From the NCBI RefSeq assembly GCF_051105105.1, contig NZ_CP185339.1: a DNA stretch of 64,000 nucleotides. One strand, 5' to 3'. The DNA is from Nannocystis pusilla (GTDB lineage Bacteria > Myxococcota_A > Polyangia > Nannocystales > Nannocystaceae). Under the pieces are notes generated by a model that was given only the letters and a program-made list of their open reading frames with translations, was not told where the DNA came from and did no database searches. Position numbers and translations under genes: made by a program. Shown one piece after another: positions 9,738-21,455 of the stretch (position 1 is its first letter; every line of letters begins with the position of its first letter).

Positions 9738-10287
9738 CGCCGGGAGCCCTGCGGGGCCCCTCGCCTCCCGGGCGCGGCTCACCGTACAGGTGAAGTCCGA
9801 ACGGGATGCAATGGACCGACGCGTCGAAGTCGCTCCGGAGGCGATCGAGAGCGATTGCGCAGCCAGCCGGACGCCTGTGAGCGGATCTACGGAGACCGCG
9901 ATTCGATATTGCTTGAACTGATTGTTTGGATTCGAAAACGAGGGTCTTGCCCAGTGAACAATCGCAGACGCGCTCGCCGGCGACGCTCGGGCGCGAAGGT
10001 GCTCGCCTTATCGCGGACTGGCAGCCGTGGACCGACGGTGGTGCCGATGGGCGGCGAACACGTACACCGCCCGGCGGCAGCGCCGCCGTCGGGTGATCTT
10101 GACATACAGCAGCGTCTCGGAGACAACGTGGCTCCGATGAGCGGAGGGCCGAGCTTGCTATGAGGCGGGCGCTGCTCGCTCCTGCGTCACGGCGTGGGGA
10201 GGCTCTTCCGAATTTGAGTTCGGGGATTCGTCAAAGGGCGGCCCCGCAGCGAGGGCTCGCAGTCGCGGCCGCGCAAGGGAGGATCAG

Positions 10288-11463
10288 GTGCCAAGTTACG
10301 AGAAGATGTTCCAGGCCTCGCCAGGACTTCTGGCCACCGTGGACGCGAACGGCCACTTCCGCGCCCTGAATCCGACATGGGAGCGGGTCCTCGGCTGGTC
10401 CCTCGACGAGCTGAGGAGCAAGCCGTTCATCGAGTTCGTCCATCCGAGCGACCGCGAGGTCACGCTCGCCGAGGTGGCCGGCCTTCTCCAGGGCAACACC
10501 GTGGAACGGTTCGACAACCGCTACCTGTGCAAGGACGGCTCGTACAAATGGCTCGGCTGGGCCGCGCGGGTGGACCACGGGGACGAGCCGTCGGAGCAGC
10601 TCATCTATGCGACGGCGATCGACGTGACGGACGACCGGGAGCGGCAGTCGCAGCTCGAGCCCAGGCTGCAGGACGCCAAGGTCTACGAGAAGTTGTTCCG
10701 GGTCTCGGTGGGCCTCCTCGTCACTTTGGACTCGAACGGGTATTTCCGCCACGCCAACCCGGCGTGGGGGCGGCTCCTCGGCTGGAGCCCCGAGGAGATG
10801 ACGGCCAGGCCGTTCATCGAGTTCGTCCATCCCGACGACCGCCCGGCGACGATCGCCGAGGCCACGGCCCTGTTCGAGGGCAAGATGACCATTCGCTTCG
10901 ACAACCGCTATCAGTGCAAGGACGGCACCTACAGATGGCTCGCCTGGACCGCGTACATGGACCCGAGCGAGGACGAGTCGACCCGGCTCGTGTACGGCAC
11001 CGCCCATGACGTCACATCATACAAGGAGCTGCTCGGCGAGTTCGAACGGACGCTCGCGCGGCTCCGCGACACGATGGAGGCGATGTCGACGCCGTTCATC
11101 CCGATCACCGAGCGGATCGTGGTCATGCCGCTCGTCGGCCAGATGGACGCGGACCGGATCCACCAGGTGATGACCGTCGCGCTCGAAGGCGTCCAGTCGA
11201 CCCATGTGCAGGTGGTGATCCTCGACGTGACGGGGCTGCGCGACCTCGACACCCGCGTCGCGCGCGCGCTGCTCGACACGGCCAAGGGGCTGCAGCTGCT
11301 CGGTGCGAAGACGATCCTGACCGGAATCCGGCCCTCCCTGGCGCAGACGCTCGTCGGTCTCGGACTCGACCTGGGCAGCATCGTCACCAAGGGGACCCTC
11401 CAGAGCGCGATCGCTTCGGCGCTGAAGAACGACTTCAATTCGGGCAAGTCCGACCCCGTCTGA
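10288..11463 (+). CDS. PAS-PAS-STAS sensor (RsbR-like anti-sigma-antagonist-domain protein)
   Basis: Two PAS repeats (NPTWERVLGWS..., NPAWGRLLGWS...) then STAS (IPITERIVVMPLVGQMDADRIHQV...VQVVILDVTGL). GTG start after GGAGGA. Confidence 0.8.
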   Translation: MPSYEKMFQASPGLLATVDANGHFRALNPTWERVLGWSLDELRSKPFIEFVHPSDREVTLAEVAGLLQGNTVERFDNRYLCKDGSYKWLGWAARVDHGDEPSEQLIYATAIDVTDDRERQSQLEPRLQDAKVYEKLFRVSVGLLVTLDSNGYFRHANPAWGRLLGWSPEEMTARPFIEFVHPDDRPATIAEATALFEGKMTIRFDNRYQCKDGTYRWLAWTAYMDPSEDESTRLVYGTAHDVTSYKELLGEFERTLARLRDTMEAMSTPFIPITERIVVMPLVGQMDADRIHQVMTVALEGVQSTHVQVVILDVTGLRDLDTRVARALLDTAKGLQLLGAKTILTGIRPSLAQTLVGLGLDLGSIVTKGTLQSAIASALKNDFNSGKSDPV

Positions 11464-11518
11464 TCGCGTCGCCATCCCATCGACCAGTGATGGCGGACGC
11501 GGCCGGGGGCGCGGGCGC

Positions 11519-12130
11519 TCAGCGGCGTCGCAACACGCTGAACAGCGCCTTCGGCAGCGGGTCGAGCGTGCCCTGGTACACGGTCTCGGTCGCAGTCAGC
11601 AGCTCGAAGCGCGGCGCGAAGATCGTGCGGACCTCGTCGGGCGAGAACCGGTGCGGTCCGCCGTCGCCGGGCTGCAGCTTGCTGAAGGTCTTGAGCAGCA
11701 GCAGCCCGCCCGACGGGAGCCAGCGCGCGACGGCGTCGACGTAGGTGCCGCGCCGCGCCGGATCGATCACGTGGAAGCAGCCACGGTCGAACACCGCGTC
11801 GAAGCTCCCGGTCAGCCGCGACGCGAGCACGTCGTCCTGGACGAAGGTCACCGGAACCCCGTGCTCCTGCGCGAGCGCGGTGGCCTTCGCCACGGCGGTC
11901 GCCGACAGGTCGCTGCCGGTCGCCTCGAAGCCGCGGGCGGCGAGGGCGATCGCCTGCGTGCCCGGGCCGGTGCCGAGGTCGAGCAGCCGCCCGCGCGCGA
12001 GCCCGTGGTCGCGCAGCGCCGTGGCGAGGTCGGGGTCGAGCTCCGCGTAGTACCAGGGCAAGGTCTCGCCGGGCTGCTGGCGGTACAGGGTCTCCCAGTC
12101 GGGGAAGCGTTCGGTCTGCGGCGTCGTCAT
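11519..12130 (-). CDS. class I SAM-dependent methyltransferase
   Basis: LDLGTGPGTQAIALAARG motif I. Start taken at the internal MTTPQ because upstream ORF residues look non-coding. Confidence 0.75.
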   Translation of the reverse strand: MTTPQTERFPDWETLYRQQPGETLPWYYAELDPDLATALRDHGLARGRLLDLGTGPGTQAIALAARGFEATGSDLSATAVAKATALAQEHGVPVTFVQDDVLASRLTGSFDAVFDRGCFHVIDPARRGTYVDAVARWLPSGGLLLLKTFSKLQPGDGGPHRFSPDEVRTIFAPRFELLTATETVYQGTLDPLPKALFSVLRRR

Positions 12131-12457
12131 GCCGGGATGATAGCGACGCGCGCCGCGAGGGCCCGCCGGGCTGCCAGCGTATTGACAATATGCCAACAGA
12201 ATAACCCGCGCTGTCCGCGGCCTGCCGCGCAAAAGACGGCCAGAGGGACGAATGACGTGCGACGTTGAGGCCGAGTTCGCGGCCGGCGGCGACACGACGG
12301 TGCACGCTTTCTATACGACGAAGCTCGCCGCGCAGCACGGGCGGGGCCTGGCCGAGGACTGGGCGATCCCCAGCACGGTCCCGCCCGGTACGAACGCCGC
12401 ACGTAGCCGCGGAGCCGGCGAAAGCCCGCGCTCGGGTGCGTTGACACCGTCCACCGG

Positions 12458-12850
12458 GTGGGCGAAAGATCGCGGGTGGCTTTGGTCCCCGAGACTCACC
12501 TGTTGTCCTGCGGCGGATGCGACGAGTTGGTTCGCGCCGCCGATCCGATCTGTCCCTACTGCGGAGCGTCGCGGGCCCGCGCGGAGCGCACGGGCTCGTT
12601 GGCCGCGCTGGCCGCCGCGCTCGTGGTCGCCGCCTGCACCACCGGCCAGCCCGCATACGGCGGGCCCGACACCGATTCGGAGGGCACGGAGGTGACCCCG
12701 ACGGACGCGACGACGACGGACGCGACGACGACGACGGACGCGACGACGACGACGACGACGACGGACGCGACGACGACGGACGCGACGGGTACGACGGCAC
12801 CGACGACGGGCACGGGCTCGGAGTCGACCACCGACGACACGACCGGGTAG
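12458..12850 (+). CDS. small Zn-ribbon / membrane-anchored protein with Thr/Asp/Ala-rich repeat tail
   Basis: CGGC...CPYC, then hydrophobic AALVVAAC, then TDATTT repeats encoded by DNA tandem repeats. Confidence 0.4.
   Translation: MGERSRVALVPETHLLSCGGCDELVRAADPICPYCGASRARAERTGSLAALAAALVVAACTTGQPAYGGPDTDSEGTEVTPTDATTTDATTTTDATTTTTTTDATTTDATGTTAPTTGTGSESTTDDTTG
12700..12800 (+). repeat. coding tandem repeat (acggacgcgacgacgacg units) encoding Thr/Asp/Ala-rich linker
   Basis: Repeated GACGCGACGACGACG units visible in the sequence. Confidence 0.6.
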
Positions 12851-13094
12851 CGGCGCACGCCGATGCGCGACCTCGGGTGCGTCACCCGCGGACGAGGCCG
12901 CGCATTCGCGACGCCCCGGACGCCGCGATGCGAACGTGATCGTCCATGCCGCCCGCCGGCGTGAAATCGCCGTGAATTCGCGGACCGTCGGGGAGCGGGT
13001 AGGGTGACTCGACCTGGACGCCGAATGCAGCGTCGCACCGCCGGACCCGCGGACGATGTCGGTCCGGTGATTCAAGCAATGGAGCCATCCCGTC

Positions 13095-13974
13095 ATGAAT
13101 GCTCTGTCTCGCACCCTGTTGATTGTCACCCCCTGGATCGGTCTCGCATGCGATGTCCCGGAGGAATCCGCGACGCCGGCGGCCGCGGCCGTAGCTGACG
13201 ACGAAGCGGACGAGGAGGTCGCGGCCGCGGAGGCCCTGGAACCGGGCGAGCTGGGCGACCCGGAATGGTTGCAGGACACGGCCCCCGATCCCCAGGCGGG
13301 GCGCCGACGACGCCGTGTCCCCGCGCAGCCCCGAGGCGTGCGACGGCGTCGACAACGATTGCGACGCGGCGAGCCGCTGCGAGGCGACGAGCTGCGCCGA
13401 CATCGCGATCGAGGATCCGTCGGCGCTCGACGGCGATTATACGCTGCACGTCGACCTCGACCCGGACCGGCCGTGGACCGCGTACTGCCACGACATGGCC
13501 GGCGAGCCGCGGACCTACCTGTCGCTGGTCGCGGTCGGGGAAGGGCGTAACTTCGCGCAATACACCGGCGACAACTCGGTGCGGACCGCCTTCACGCGGG
13601 TGCGTATCGATCCGTCCACGCTGGCCGTCGACATCGACGACCTCACCTTCACCAGCTCGAGCGGCGCGCTCTACCACGGCCAGGAGCTGGTGACGGCGAT
13701 GCCGTACGGGGTCGCGGAGGGCTGCGGGTTCGGGGCGGAGCCGGGCGTCGCCAACGTCGACCTGACGGGCACGCCGTTCAAGATCGCCTCACCGTTCTGC
13801 ACGTCGGGCGCCTCCGCATTCGGCAGCGTGACGTTCAGTCAGGACGACCAGGTCGCGGACGTCGTGGGCGGCGGATATTGCGGCTGGACCTCGCCGACTT
13901 GCTCCTACGGCCCGCACCAGCTCATGAACACCGTGAACGGGTGGATCCTTCAGCTCGCGTACGTCGAGCCGTAG
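13095..13974 (+). CDS. lipoprotein with cysteine-rich CDGxDNDCD metal-binding-like motif; apparent frameshift ~13300
   Basis: Signal/lipobox MNALSRTLLIVTPWIGLAC and an acidic linker. The second frame (track ORF 13315..13974) continues SPEACDGVDNDCDAASRCEATSC... Confidence 0.5.
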
Positions 13975-14046
13975 AGCGGGCGGGCGTTACCCGGTTTCGC
14001 ACCCCGACACTTCGACAAGCGGCGTCCTGGCTTCGAGCCAGAGGAT

Positions 14047-15385
14047 TCAGCGACGCCGCGCCGCTTCCCGGAGGAGCAGCGGGAGCCTCACCGTGAACTC
14101 GCTGCCCTTGCCCGGACCGTCGCTGTGCGCGGCGACGGAGCCGCCGTGCAGCTCGACCAGGCGACGGACCAGCGCCAGGCCGATGCCGAGACCGCCTTGT
14201 GCCTGGTGGAAGGCGCGATCGGCCTGCGTGAACGGCTCGAAGACCTTCGGCAACATCTCGCCGGGGATCCCGGTGCCCGAGTCGGCGACGCGGATCAGCA
14301 CCAGCGCCTCGCCCGCGGCGAGCTCGACGGTGAGGCGGAGGTACCCGCCTTCCGGCGTGTACTTGGCTGCGTTGTCGAGCAGGTTCTCGACGACCTGGGT
14401 CAGGCGCGCGCGGTCGCCTTCGATCCAGATCGGCTCCTCCGGCACCGTGAGTTCGAGTCGATGGCGCCGCGCCTCGATCCGCGGCCGGGTCGCCTCGAGC
14501 GCCTCGCCGACGACCAGGGCGACGTTCGAGCGGCGCGCTCTGCAGCGTGAGCTTGTTTTGGACCAGCCGCGAGACGTTCGAGCAGAGCGTCGACGACGCG
14601 GTGCATCTGCCTGGTCTGCCGATCGATCACCTCGCGACACCAGCTCACCTGGGGATCGTCGAGCTCCTTGAGGCTCATCAGTTCGACTGCGCTGTGGATC
14701 GGCGCCAGCGGGTTGCGCAGCTCATGCGCCAGCATGGCCAGGAACTCGTCCTTCTGGCGGTCGGCCTCTCGCAATTGCGCGTGCGTTCGCCGCAGCGCCT
14801 CCTCGGCCCGCTGGCGCTCGGCGACCTCTCCGCCGAGAGTGCGGTTGGCCTCGGCCAAGCCGGCGTTGGCCTGCTCGAGCACCGCGTTGAGCTGCTCGAG
14901 CTCGCGGGTCTTCTCGGCCTGCAGGGTCGTGTTGGTGAGCGCGAGCTGGGCGTTGGCCTGCTCGAGCTCGCGGTTGGCCCGCACCAGCTCCTGGCGCTTC
15001 AGGAACAGCTCGACCAGCACCGACACCTTGCTGGCAGGATCTCGGGCACGATCGGGACGTAGACGTAGTCGACCGCGCCGAGCTCGTAGCCGCGGAGGGC
15101 GTCGAGCTCGGTCATGTCGTGGCCGGTGACGAAGATGATCGGCGTCCGCTCGAAGCGCGGGTGCTGGTGGATCCGCGCCGCGGTCTCGAAGCCGTCCATC
15201 TCCGGCATGCTGACGTCCAGGAGAATGACGGCGTATTCCTCGCGCAGCAACCTCTGCAGCGCCTCGGCGCCCGAGGAGGCGCGCACCAGGTTCTGCTCCA
15301 GCGGTGCGAGGATGGCCTCGTAGCTGAGCAGCCGGGCCGGCTGATCGTCGACGAGGAGAATGTTGACTCTTCCGGGCGTGCTCAT
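14047..15385 (-). CDS. hybrid response-regulator/histidine kinase (REC-coiled coil-HisKA-HATPase), three frames
   Basis: REC MSTPGRVNILLVDDQ...ILLDVSMPEMDG. HisKA LAHELRNPL. HATPase NLLDNAAKYT...DSGTGIP...GGLGIGL. The three track ORFs 14999..15862, 14400..15026 and 14047..14640 are collinear pieces. Confidence 0.7.
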
Positions 15386-15934
15386 GACGCCGTCTCCGTC
15401 AGCGACAATAAGAGATGATTGTGTGGACTGTGCAACTGTATGGACTGCGCCGGCGGTGAGAGGTGCCCCTTCTGGCCCCAGGATGTCCAGCGAAATCGAT
15501 GTCGCCGTCGTCTTGCGACTCGGCGGCCTGGGCAGGCTGTGCGTCCACGCGATCCGCCGGGCGCTGCGCGGGACCTCGGGCCCACCACGACGCGCTGCGA
15601 TCGATCGTCGTGGTAATGCAGAGGCCGGCGGGGCCTCGCCCGTCGCCCACGGTCGCGCGCGGCGGCATCGTCGCGATGCGCCCCGGTTTGACATCTCCGC
15701 GGTCCGTCTATCGCTTCGCCTGAAGCCCACGACGCCGTGCCGCGCCTCGCAGGATGGCGGAAATTGCGCGCCGCGGGTCGCGGGTCGCTCGTATCGAAGC
15801 GGCGATTCGCTCCCCGTCATCGAAGTGTTCATTGGCCGGTGAGTCTCCGCAAGGATTGTCATCCCGGGCGTACCTCGGCTTCGTGATCGACGCGGTCCTT
15901 CTCAGTCGGACTTCGGTGAGGTAATGGGAGAGTC

Positions 15935-18900
15935 ATGGTGCTCGACTCGGATGCCTCCGCCGGCCGCTCGGGCAGGTTGCACGTGCTCGCCGGTGGCGGC
16001 GAGATGGGCGCGCGCATGCGGGAGATCGACTGGGCGAAGACGCCGCTCGGCCCGGTCGACACCTGGCCGCAGAGCCTCAAGACCTGCGTGCGAATCATCC
16101 TGACCTCGCTCCAGCCGATGTTCGTCTGGTGGGGCGACGAGCTCATCAATCTCTACAACGACGCCTACAAGTCGATCGTCGGCGGCAAGCACCCCGAGGC
16201 GCTCGGCCAGCCCGCCTCCGTCGTATGGCGCGAGATCTGGGACCAGGTCGGGCCGCGCGCCGCGTCGGCGATGCGCCTCAACGAGGGCACGTACGACGAG
16301 GCGCTGCTGCTGATCATGGAGCGGTACGGCTACCCGGAGGAGACGTACTACACGTTCTCCTACAGCCCGGTGCCGAACGACCAGGGCGGGACCGGCGGGA
16401 TCATCTGCGCCAACACCGACGACACGCAGCGGATCATCGGCGAGCGCCAGCTCGCCCTGCTGCGCGAGCTCGCGGCCCGCACGACCGAGGCGCGCACGTG
16501 GGAAGAGGTGTGTGTCCGCGGCGCGGCGTCGCTGCAGACCAACCCGAAGGACCTGCCGTTCGCGCTGATCTACATCGCCGACGCCGACCGGCGCCGCGTG
16601 CAGCTCGCGGGGGCGGCCGGGCTCCCGCGCGGCCACGCCGGCGCGCCGGAGGTCGTGTCGACGCTCGAGGACTCCCTGTGGCCGTTCGCCGAGGCGCTCC
16701 AGGGGCACGAGCGCGTCGTCGAGTTGCCGCCTGTCCTCGGGGACATCCCCACCGGCGCCTGGCCGCGGCCGCCGACGCACGCGGTCGCGCTGCCGATCGC
16801 GCCGTCGGGGGAGACCGGTCGCGCCGGCGTCCTGCTCGTCGGGCTGAGCCCGTTCCGCAAGCTCGACGACAACTACCGCGGGTTCTTGCAGCTGGTCGCC
16901 GGGCAGCTCTCGGCCAGCATCGCCAACGCGCAGGCCTACGAGGAGGAGCGGCGGCGGGCCGAGGCGCTCGCCGAGCTCGATCGCGCCAAGACGATCTTCT
17001 TCAGCAACGTCAGCCACGAGTTCCGCACCCCGCTGACGTTGATGCTCGGCCCGCTCGAGGACGCGCTCTCGGCGGCGAAGCGCCGGCTCGAGGGCGCCGA
17101 CCTCGACACCGCGTACCGCAACGCCGTCCGCCTGCTCAAGCTCGTCAACGTCCTGCTCGACTTCTCGCGCATCGAGGCCGGCCGGATCCAGGCGTCTTAC
17201 GAGCCGACCGACCTGGCGGCGCTGACGACCGACCTGGCGAGCGCGTTCCGCTCGGCCATCGAGCGCGCCGGGCTCGTCTTCGACGTTCGACTGCCCGCCG
17301 CTCTCCGAGCCGATCCACGTCGACCACGACATGTGGGAGAAGATCGTGCTCAACCTGCTGTCGAACGCGCTCAAGTTCACGTTCGAGGGCACGATCGCGG
17401 TCGCGCTGCGCCTGCACGGCGACCGCGTCGAGCTGACCGTGCGGGACACCGGCACCGGCATCCCGGAGCACGAGCTGTCGCACCTGTTCCGCCGCTTTCA
17501 CCGGGTCCAGGGGGCGCGCTCACGGACTCACGAGGGCTCGGGGATCGGGCTCGCGCTGGTCCACGAGCTCGTGCGCCTGCACGACGGGACGATCCACGTC
17601 ACCAGCGAGGTCGGCGTCGGCACGACGTTCACGGTCACGCTCCCTCGCGGCCACGCGCACCTGCCCGCCGAAAAGATCCACGCCCGCCGCACGCAGACAT
17701 CGTCGGCGACCGGCGCGGCGCCGTACGTGCAGGAGGCGCTGCGCTGGCTCGCCGGCCCGCAGCAGGGCGACGACGACCTCGCCGCGGACGCGCTGGTGCC
17801 GGCCTCCGACCCGGCGCTCGACGCCGGACCGCCGGCGCGGATCCTGCTCGCCGACGACAACGCCGACATGCGCGACTACGTCGGCCGCGTGCTGCAGCAG
17901 CGGTGGATCGTCGACGCCGTCCCCGACGGCGCCGTCGCGCTCGCGGCGGCGCTGGAGAACCCGCCCGACCTCGTCTTGACCGACGTCATGATGCCGAACC
18001 TCGACGGCTTCGGCCTGCTCCGCGCGCTGCGCGAAGACCCGCGCACGCGGCGGCTCCCGGTGCTGATGCTGTCGGCGCGCGCGGGCGAGGAGTCGCGCGT
18101 CGAGGGCCTCGAGGCCGGCGCCGACGACTACCTCGTCAAGCCGTTCTCCGCGCGCGAGCTGGTCGCTCGCGTCGCCACGCACCTGCAGATCGCCCGCCTG
18201 CGCGCCGCGGCGGAGCGCGAGCGCGAGAAGCTGTACGACCTGTTCATGCAGGCGCCCGTGCCGATCGCCGTGTTCGTCGGTCCGGAGCACCGCTACGAGG
18301 TCGCCAACCCGCCGTACTGCGAGATGCTCGGGCGCCCGGAGCTGGTCGGCAAGACCGTGCGCGAGGCGTTCCCGGAGATCGGCGAGCACGCGGTGATCAA
18401 GTCGCTCGACGCCGTGTTGGCGACCGGTCAGCCCGTCCACGTGTTCGAGCTCAACATCCCGATCCTGCGTCAGGGCGCGATCCGGGACGCGTTCTTCAAC
18501 TACGTCGCGCAGCCGATCCGCGACCCGAGCGACGCGGTCACCGGCGCCATGGTCGTCGCCTTCGAGGTCACCGAGCAGGTGCTCGCGCGTCAACGCGTCG
18601 AGCGGCTCTCCGAGGAGCTGGCGCTCTCGAACAAGGAGCTCGATCAATTCGCCTACGTCGCCTCGCACGACCTCAAGGCGCCGCTGCGGGGGATCGCCAG
18701 CCTGTCGCAGTGGATCGAGGAGGCGCTCGCCGACAAGCTCGACGAGGAGTCGCAGCGGCACATGCTGCTGCTGCGCAGGCGCGTGCTCCGGCTCGAGACG
18801 CTGATCGACGGGATCCTCCATTACTCGCGCGCCGGCCGCATGCGCGTCGACGCGGTCACCGTCGACACCGGTCAGTTGCTGGCCGAGGTGGTCGAACTGC

Positions 18901-19298
18901 TGAGCCCGCCGCCCTCCGCCCGGATTATGATCGCTCCCGGCATGCCGACGCTGATCACCGAGCGCGTCCCGCTCCAGCAGGTGTTCCAGAACCTGATCAG
19001 CAACGCCCTGAAGCACGCGCGCCGCGACGATGTCCACATCGCAATCGCGTGGCGCGACTGCGGCCAGTCGTACGAATTCTCGTTCCGGGATGACGGGCCG
19101 GGAATCGCGCCTGAATTCCACGAAAGGATTTGGGGCCTGTTCCAGACGCTCGAGTCGCGCGACAAATTCGAGGGCGCAGGGATCGGGCTGTCGGTCGTCA
19201 AGAAGATCGTCGAGAGCCGCGGAGGCAGCGTCGCCCTCGAGTCGCAACCCGGCGCAGGCGCCACGTTCTTCGTGCGCTGGCCCAAGCGCTCCGGCTGA
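15935..19298 (+). CDS. large hybrid sensor histidine kinase (PAS/GAF-HisKA-HATPase-REC-PAS-HisKA-HATPase); frameshift ~17285
   Basis: SHEFRTPL H-box, NLLSNALKFT...DTGTGIP, REC ILLADDNADMRD...LTDVMMPNLDG, second H-box ASHDLKAPL, second HATPase. Confidence 0.75.
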
Positions 19299-19387
19299 CA
19301 GCGGGCGCGGCGCGCCTTGCTTTCTTCGCCAGTCACGCCGAAGCTGACTCTTCATCCTGCCGGCGACCGCCCTGACCACGAGCCCCG

Positions 19388-19801
19388 ATGGACAACCGCG
19401 AGCTGCACATCCTGCTGGTCGATGACGACGAGGTCGACGTCCTGACCGTAAGGCGCGCCTTCCAGCGCAACCGGCTGACCAACCCGATCCACGTCGCCAA
19501 CAACGGGCTCGAGGCGCTGGACAAGCTGCGCGACGGCTCGCTGGGGCCGCGCCGGCTGGTGCTGCTCGACATCAACATGCCGAAGATGAACGGCATCGAG
19601 TTCTTGCGGGTCCTCCGCGCCGACCCGGCGCTGCAGACCACGGCGGTCGTCGTACTTACGACCTCGAACGAGGAGCGCGACAAGATCGACGCGTTCAAGC
19701 TCAACGTCGCCGGTTACCTGCTCAAGCCGGTCACGTTCGGCAACTTCATCGACCTGATGGCGACGCTCAACAAGTACTGGACCCTGGTCGAGATGCCGTG
19801 A
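19388..19801 (+). CDS. single-domain CheY-like response regulator
   Basis: LLVDDDEVD...LLDINMPKMNG...LKP. Confidence 0.85.
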   Translation: MDNRELHILLVDDDEVDVLTVRRAFQRNRLTNPIHVANNGLEALDKLRDGSLGPRRLVLLDINMPKMNGIEFLRVLRADPALQTTAVVVLTTSNEERDKIDAFKLNVAGYLLKPVTFGNFIDLMATLNKYWTLVEMP

Positions 19802-21297
19802 CCCCGCCTCACCCCGATCAGGAGAACGTTTCGAGCCCGCGCCCCGGCGACCCGGTGCGCGTGCTGGTGATCGACGACGACGAGCTCGACCGCGAGCTTG
19901 TCCGTCGAGCTTTCGGCAAGTCCGGCCTCGAGGTCACGCTGATCGAGGAGGACGACCCGATCGCCGCGCTCGCGCGCTTGCGGCGGTCGCCGGTCGAGGT
20001 CGTGGTGCTCGACTATCAATTCCCGCGTCACGACGGGATGGTCGTGCTTCGCGGGCTGCGGGAGCTCGACGTGTTCATGCCGGCGATCGTGCTCACCGGG
20101 CACGAGGACACCGCGCTGGCGGTCGAGCTGATGAAGAACGGGGCGGTCGACTACATCGCCAAGGGCGCGCTGACGCCTCAGCGGCTCGGGCAGAGCGTCC
20201 GTCACGCGCTGCGCCTGCGCGCGTCGGAGCTGGCGGCCCGCGCGGCGCAGGAGGCCCTGCGCGCGAGCGAGGAGTTCAGCCGGAGGATCCTCGAGTCGAG
20301 CCACGACGGCATCGTCGTGCTCGACCTCGAGGGGCGCATGCTGTCGATCAGCCCCGGCGGCCTGCGCATGCTCGGCGCTGCCGAGCCCGGTCAGCTCCAC
20401 GGCCGTCCGTGGGTCGAGATGTGGAGCCTGGCGCATCGCCAGGAGGTCGCCGAGGCGCTCGCCACGGCGCGGGAGGGCAAGGTCGGTCGGGTCGTCGGGC
20501 GCGGCCCGACGCTCGACGGCGCGCCGGTGTGGTGGGACGTCATCGTCTCGCCGGTGCTCGACGCGAGCGGCAAGCCGGAGCGGCTGGTCGCCACTGCGCG
20601 CGACGTCACCGAGCAGCGACGCCAGGCGGAGTTCGAGCAACAGCTGATCGGGATCGTCAGCCACGACCTGCGCAACCCGCTGTCGGCGATGCTGTACGGC
20701 GCCACGTTGATGGCCGAGACCCTGTCGCCCGACTCGCCGCACGCCGACGTCGTGCAGCGGATCGTCCGCAGCGGCGAGCGAGCGAGCCGATTGATCCGCG
20801 ACCTGCTCGACTTCACCCAGGTGCGCGCGAGCGGGCGGCTCCCGATCGATCCCCAGCCGGTCGAGATCCACGAGGTGTGCCGGCAGGTCGTCGACGAGAT
20901 GGCGCTCAACCATCCCGACCGCGTCATCGTCCATGAGGCCGAGGGCGACGGCGAAGGCCGCTGGGATCCCGATCGGCTCGCCCAGGCGGTCGGCAACCTC
21001 GTCCGCAACGCGCTCAGCTACGGCCTCGCCGGCACGCCGGTCACCGTCCGCAGCGTCGGCCACGGTGCGCGCGCGCAGGTGCTCGTCCACAACGACGGCC
21101 CGCCCATCCCGCCGGAGTCGATCTCGTCGCTGTTCCAGCCGTTCCGCCGCGGCGAGCAGCGCCTCGATCGCGAGCGCAGCATCGGCCTCGGCCTGTTCAT
21201 CGTCCGCGAGATCGTCGACGCGCACGGCGGTGACGTGGCCGTGCGCTCGGCCGCGGGCGAAGGGACGACCTTCCACATCGACCTGCCGCGCTCGTAG
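19798..21297 (+). CDS. hybrid histidine kinase (REC-PAS-HisKA-HATPase)
   Basis: VLVIDDDELD...VLDYQFPRHDG, PAS, SHDLRNPL, NLVRNALSYG...HNDGPPIP...GLGLFIV. Overlaps the previous gene by 4 nt. Confidence 0.85.
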   Translation: MTPPHPDQENVSSPRPGDPVRVLVIDDDELDRELVRRAFGKSGLEVTLIEEDDPIAALARLRRSPVEVVVLDYQFPRHDGMVVLRGLRELDVFMPAIVLTGHEDTALAVELMKNGAVDYIAKGALTPQRLGQSVRHALRLRASELAARAAQEALRASEEFSRRILESSHDGIVVLDLEGRMLSISPGGLRMLGAAEPGQLHGRPWVEMWSLAHRQEVAEALATAREGKVGRVVGRGPTLDGAPVWWDVIVSPVLDASGKPERLVATARDVTEQRRQAEFEQQLIGIVSHDLRNPLSAMLYGATLMAETLSPDSPHADVVQRIVRSGERASRLIRDLLDFTQVRASGRLPIDPQPVEIHEVCRQVVDEMALNHPDRVIVHEAEGDGEGRWDPDRLAQAVGNLVRNALSYGLAGTPVTVRSVGHGARAQVLVHNDGPPIPPESISSLFQPFRRGEQRLDRERSIGLGLFIVREIVDAHGGDVAVRSAAGEGTTFHIDLPRS

Positions 21298-21455
21298 GCG
21301 ACGGCCGCAGGTCCGTTGGGCGCCCTCCAGCTCGCGGGCCGTTCGCGTCGCGTCGACCTCCTGTTGCTCAATCGCAGTACGAGCGTGCGTTCGAGCGGTG
21401 GAGCGTGGTGGCCGACGACGACCCGGCGTCGTTCGACGCCAGGTCGCGCGGGCGT

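Noticed and set aside
9741-9771. Inverted repeat CCGGGAG...CTCCCGG after the YkgJ-like gene, considered as terminator
   Set aside because: The loop is long (~19 nt) with no T-tract, so it is not a convincing intrinsic terminator.
12181-12205. TTGACA-containing stretch upstream of gene 12458 considered as a sigma70-type promoter
   Set aside because: No acceptable -10 element at 16-18 bp spacing.
10929-12800. 623-aa minus ORF
   Set aside because: Low-complexity R/S/P-rich translation. It overlaps the real methyltransferase and PAS-STAS genes.
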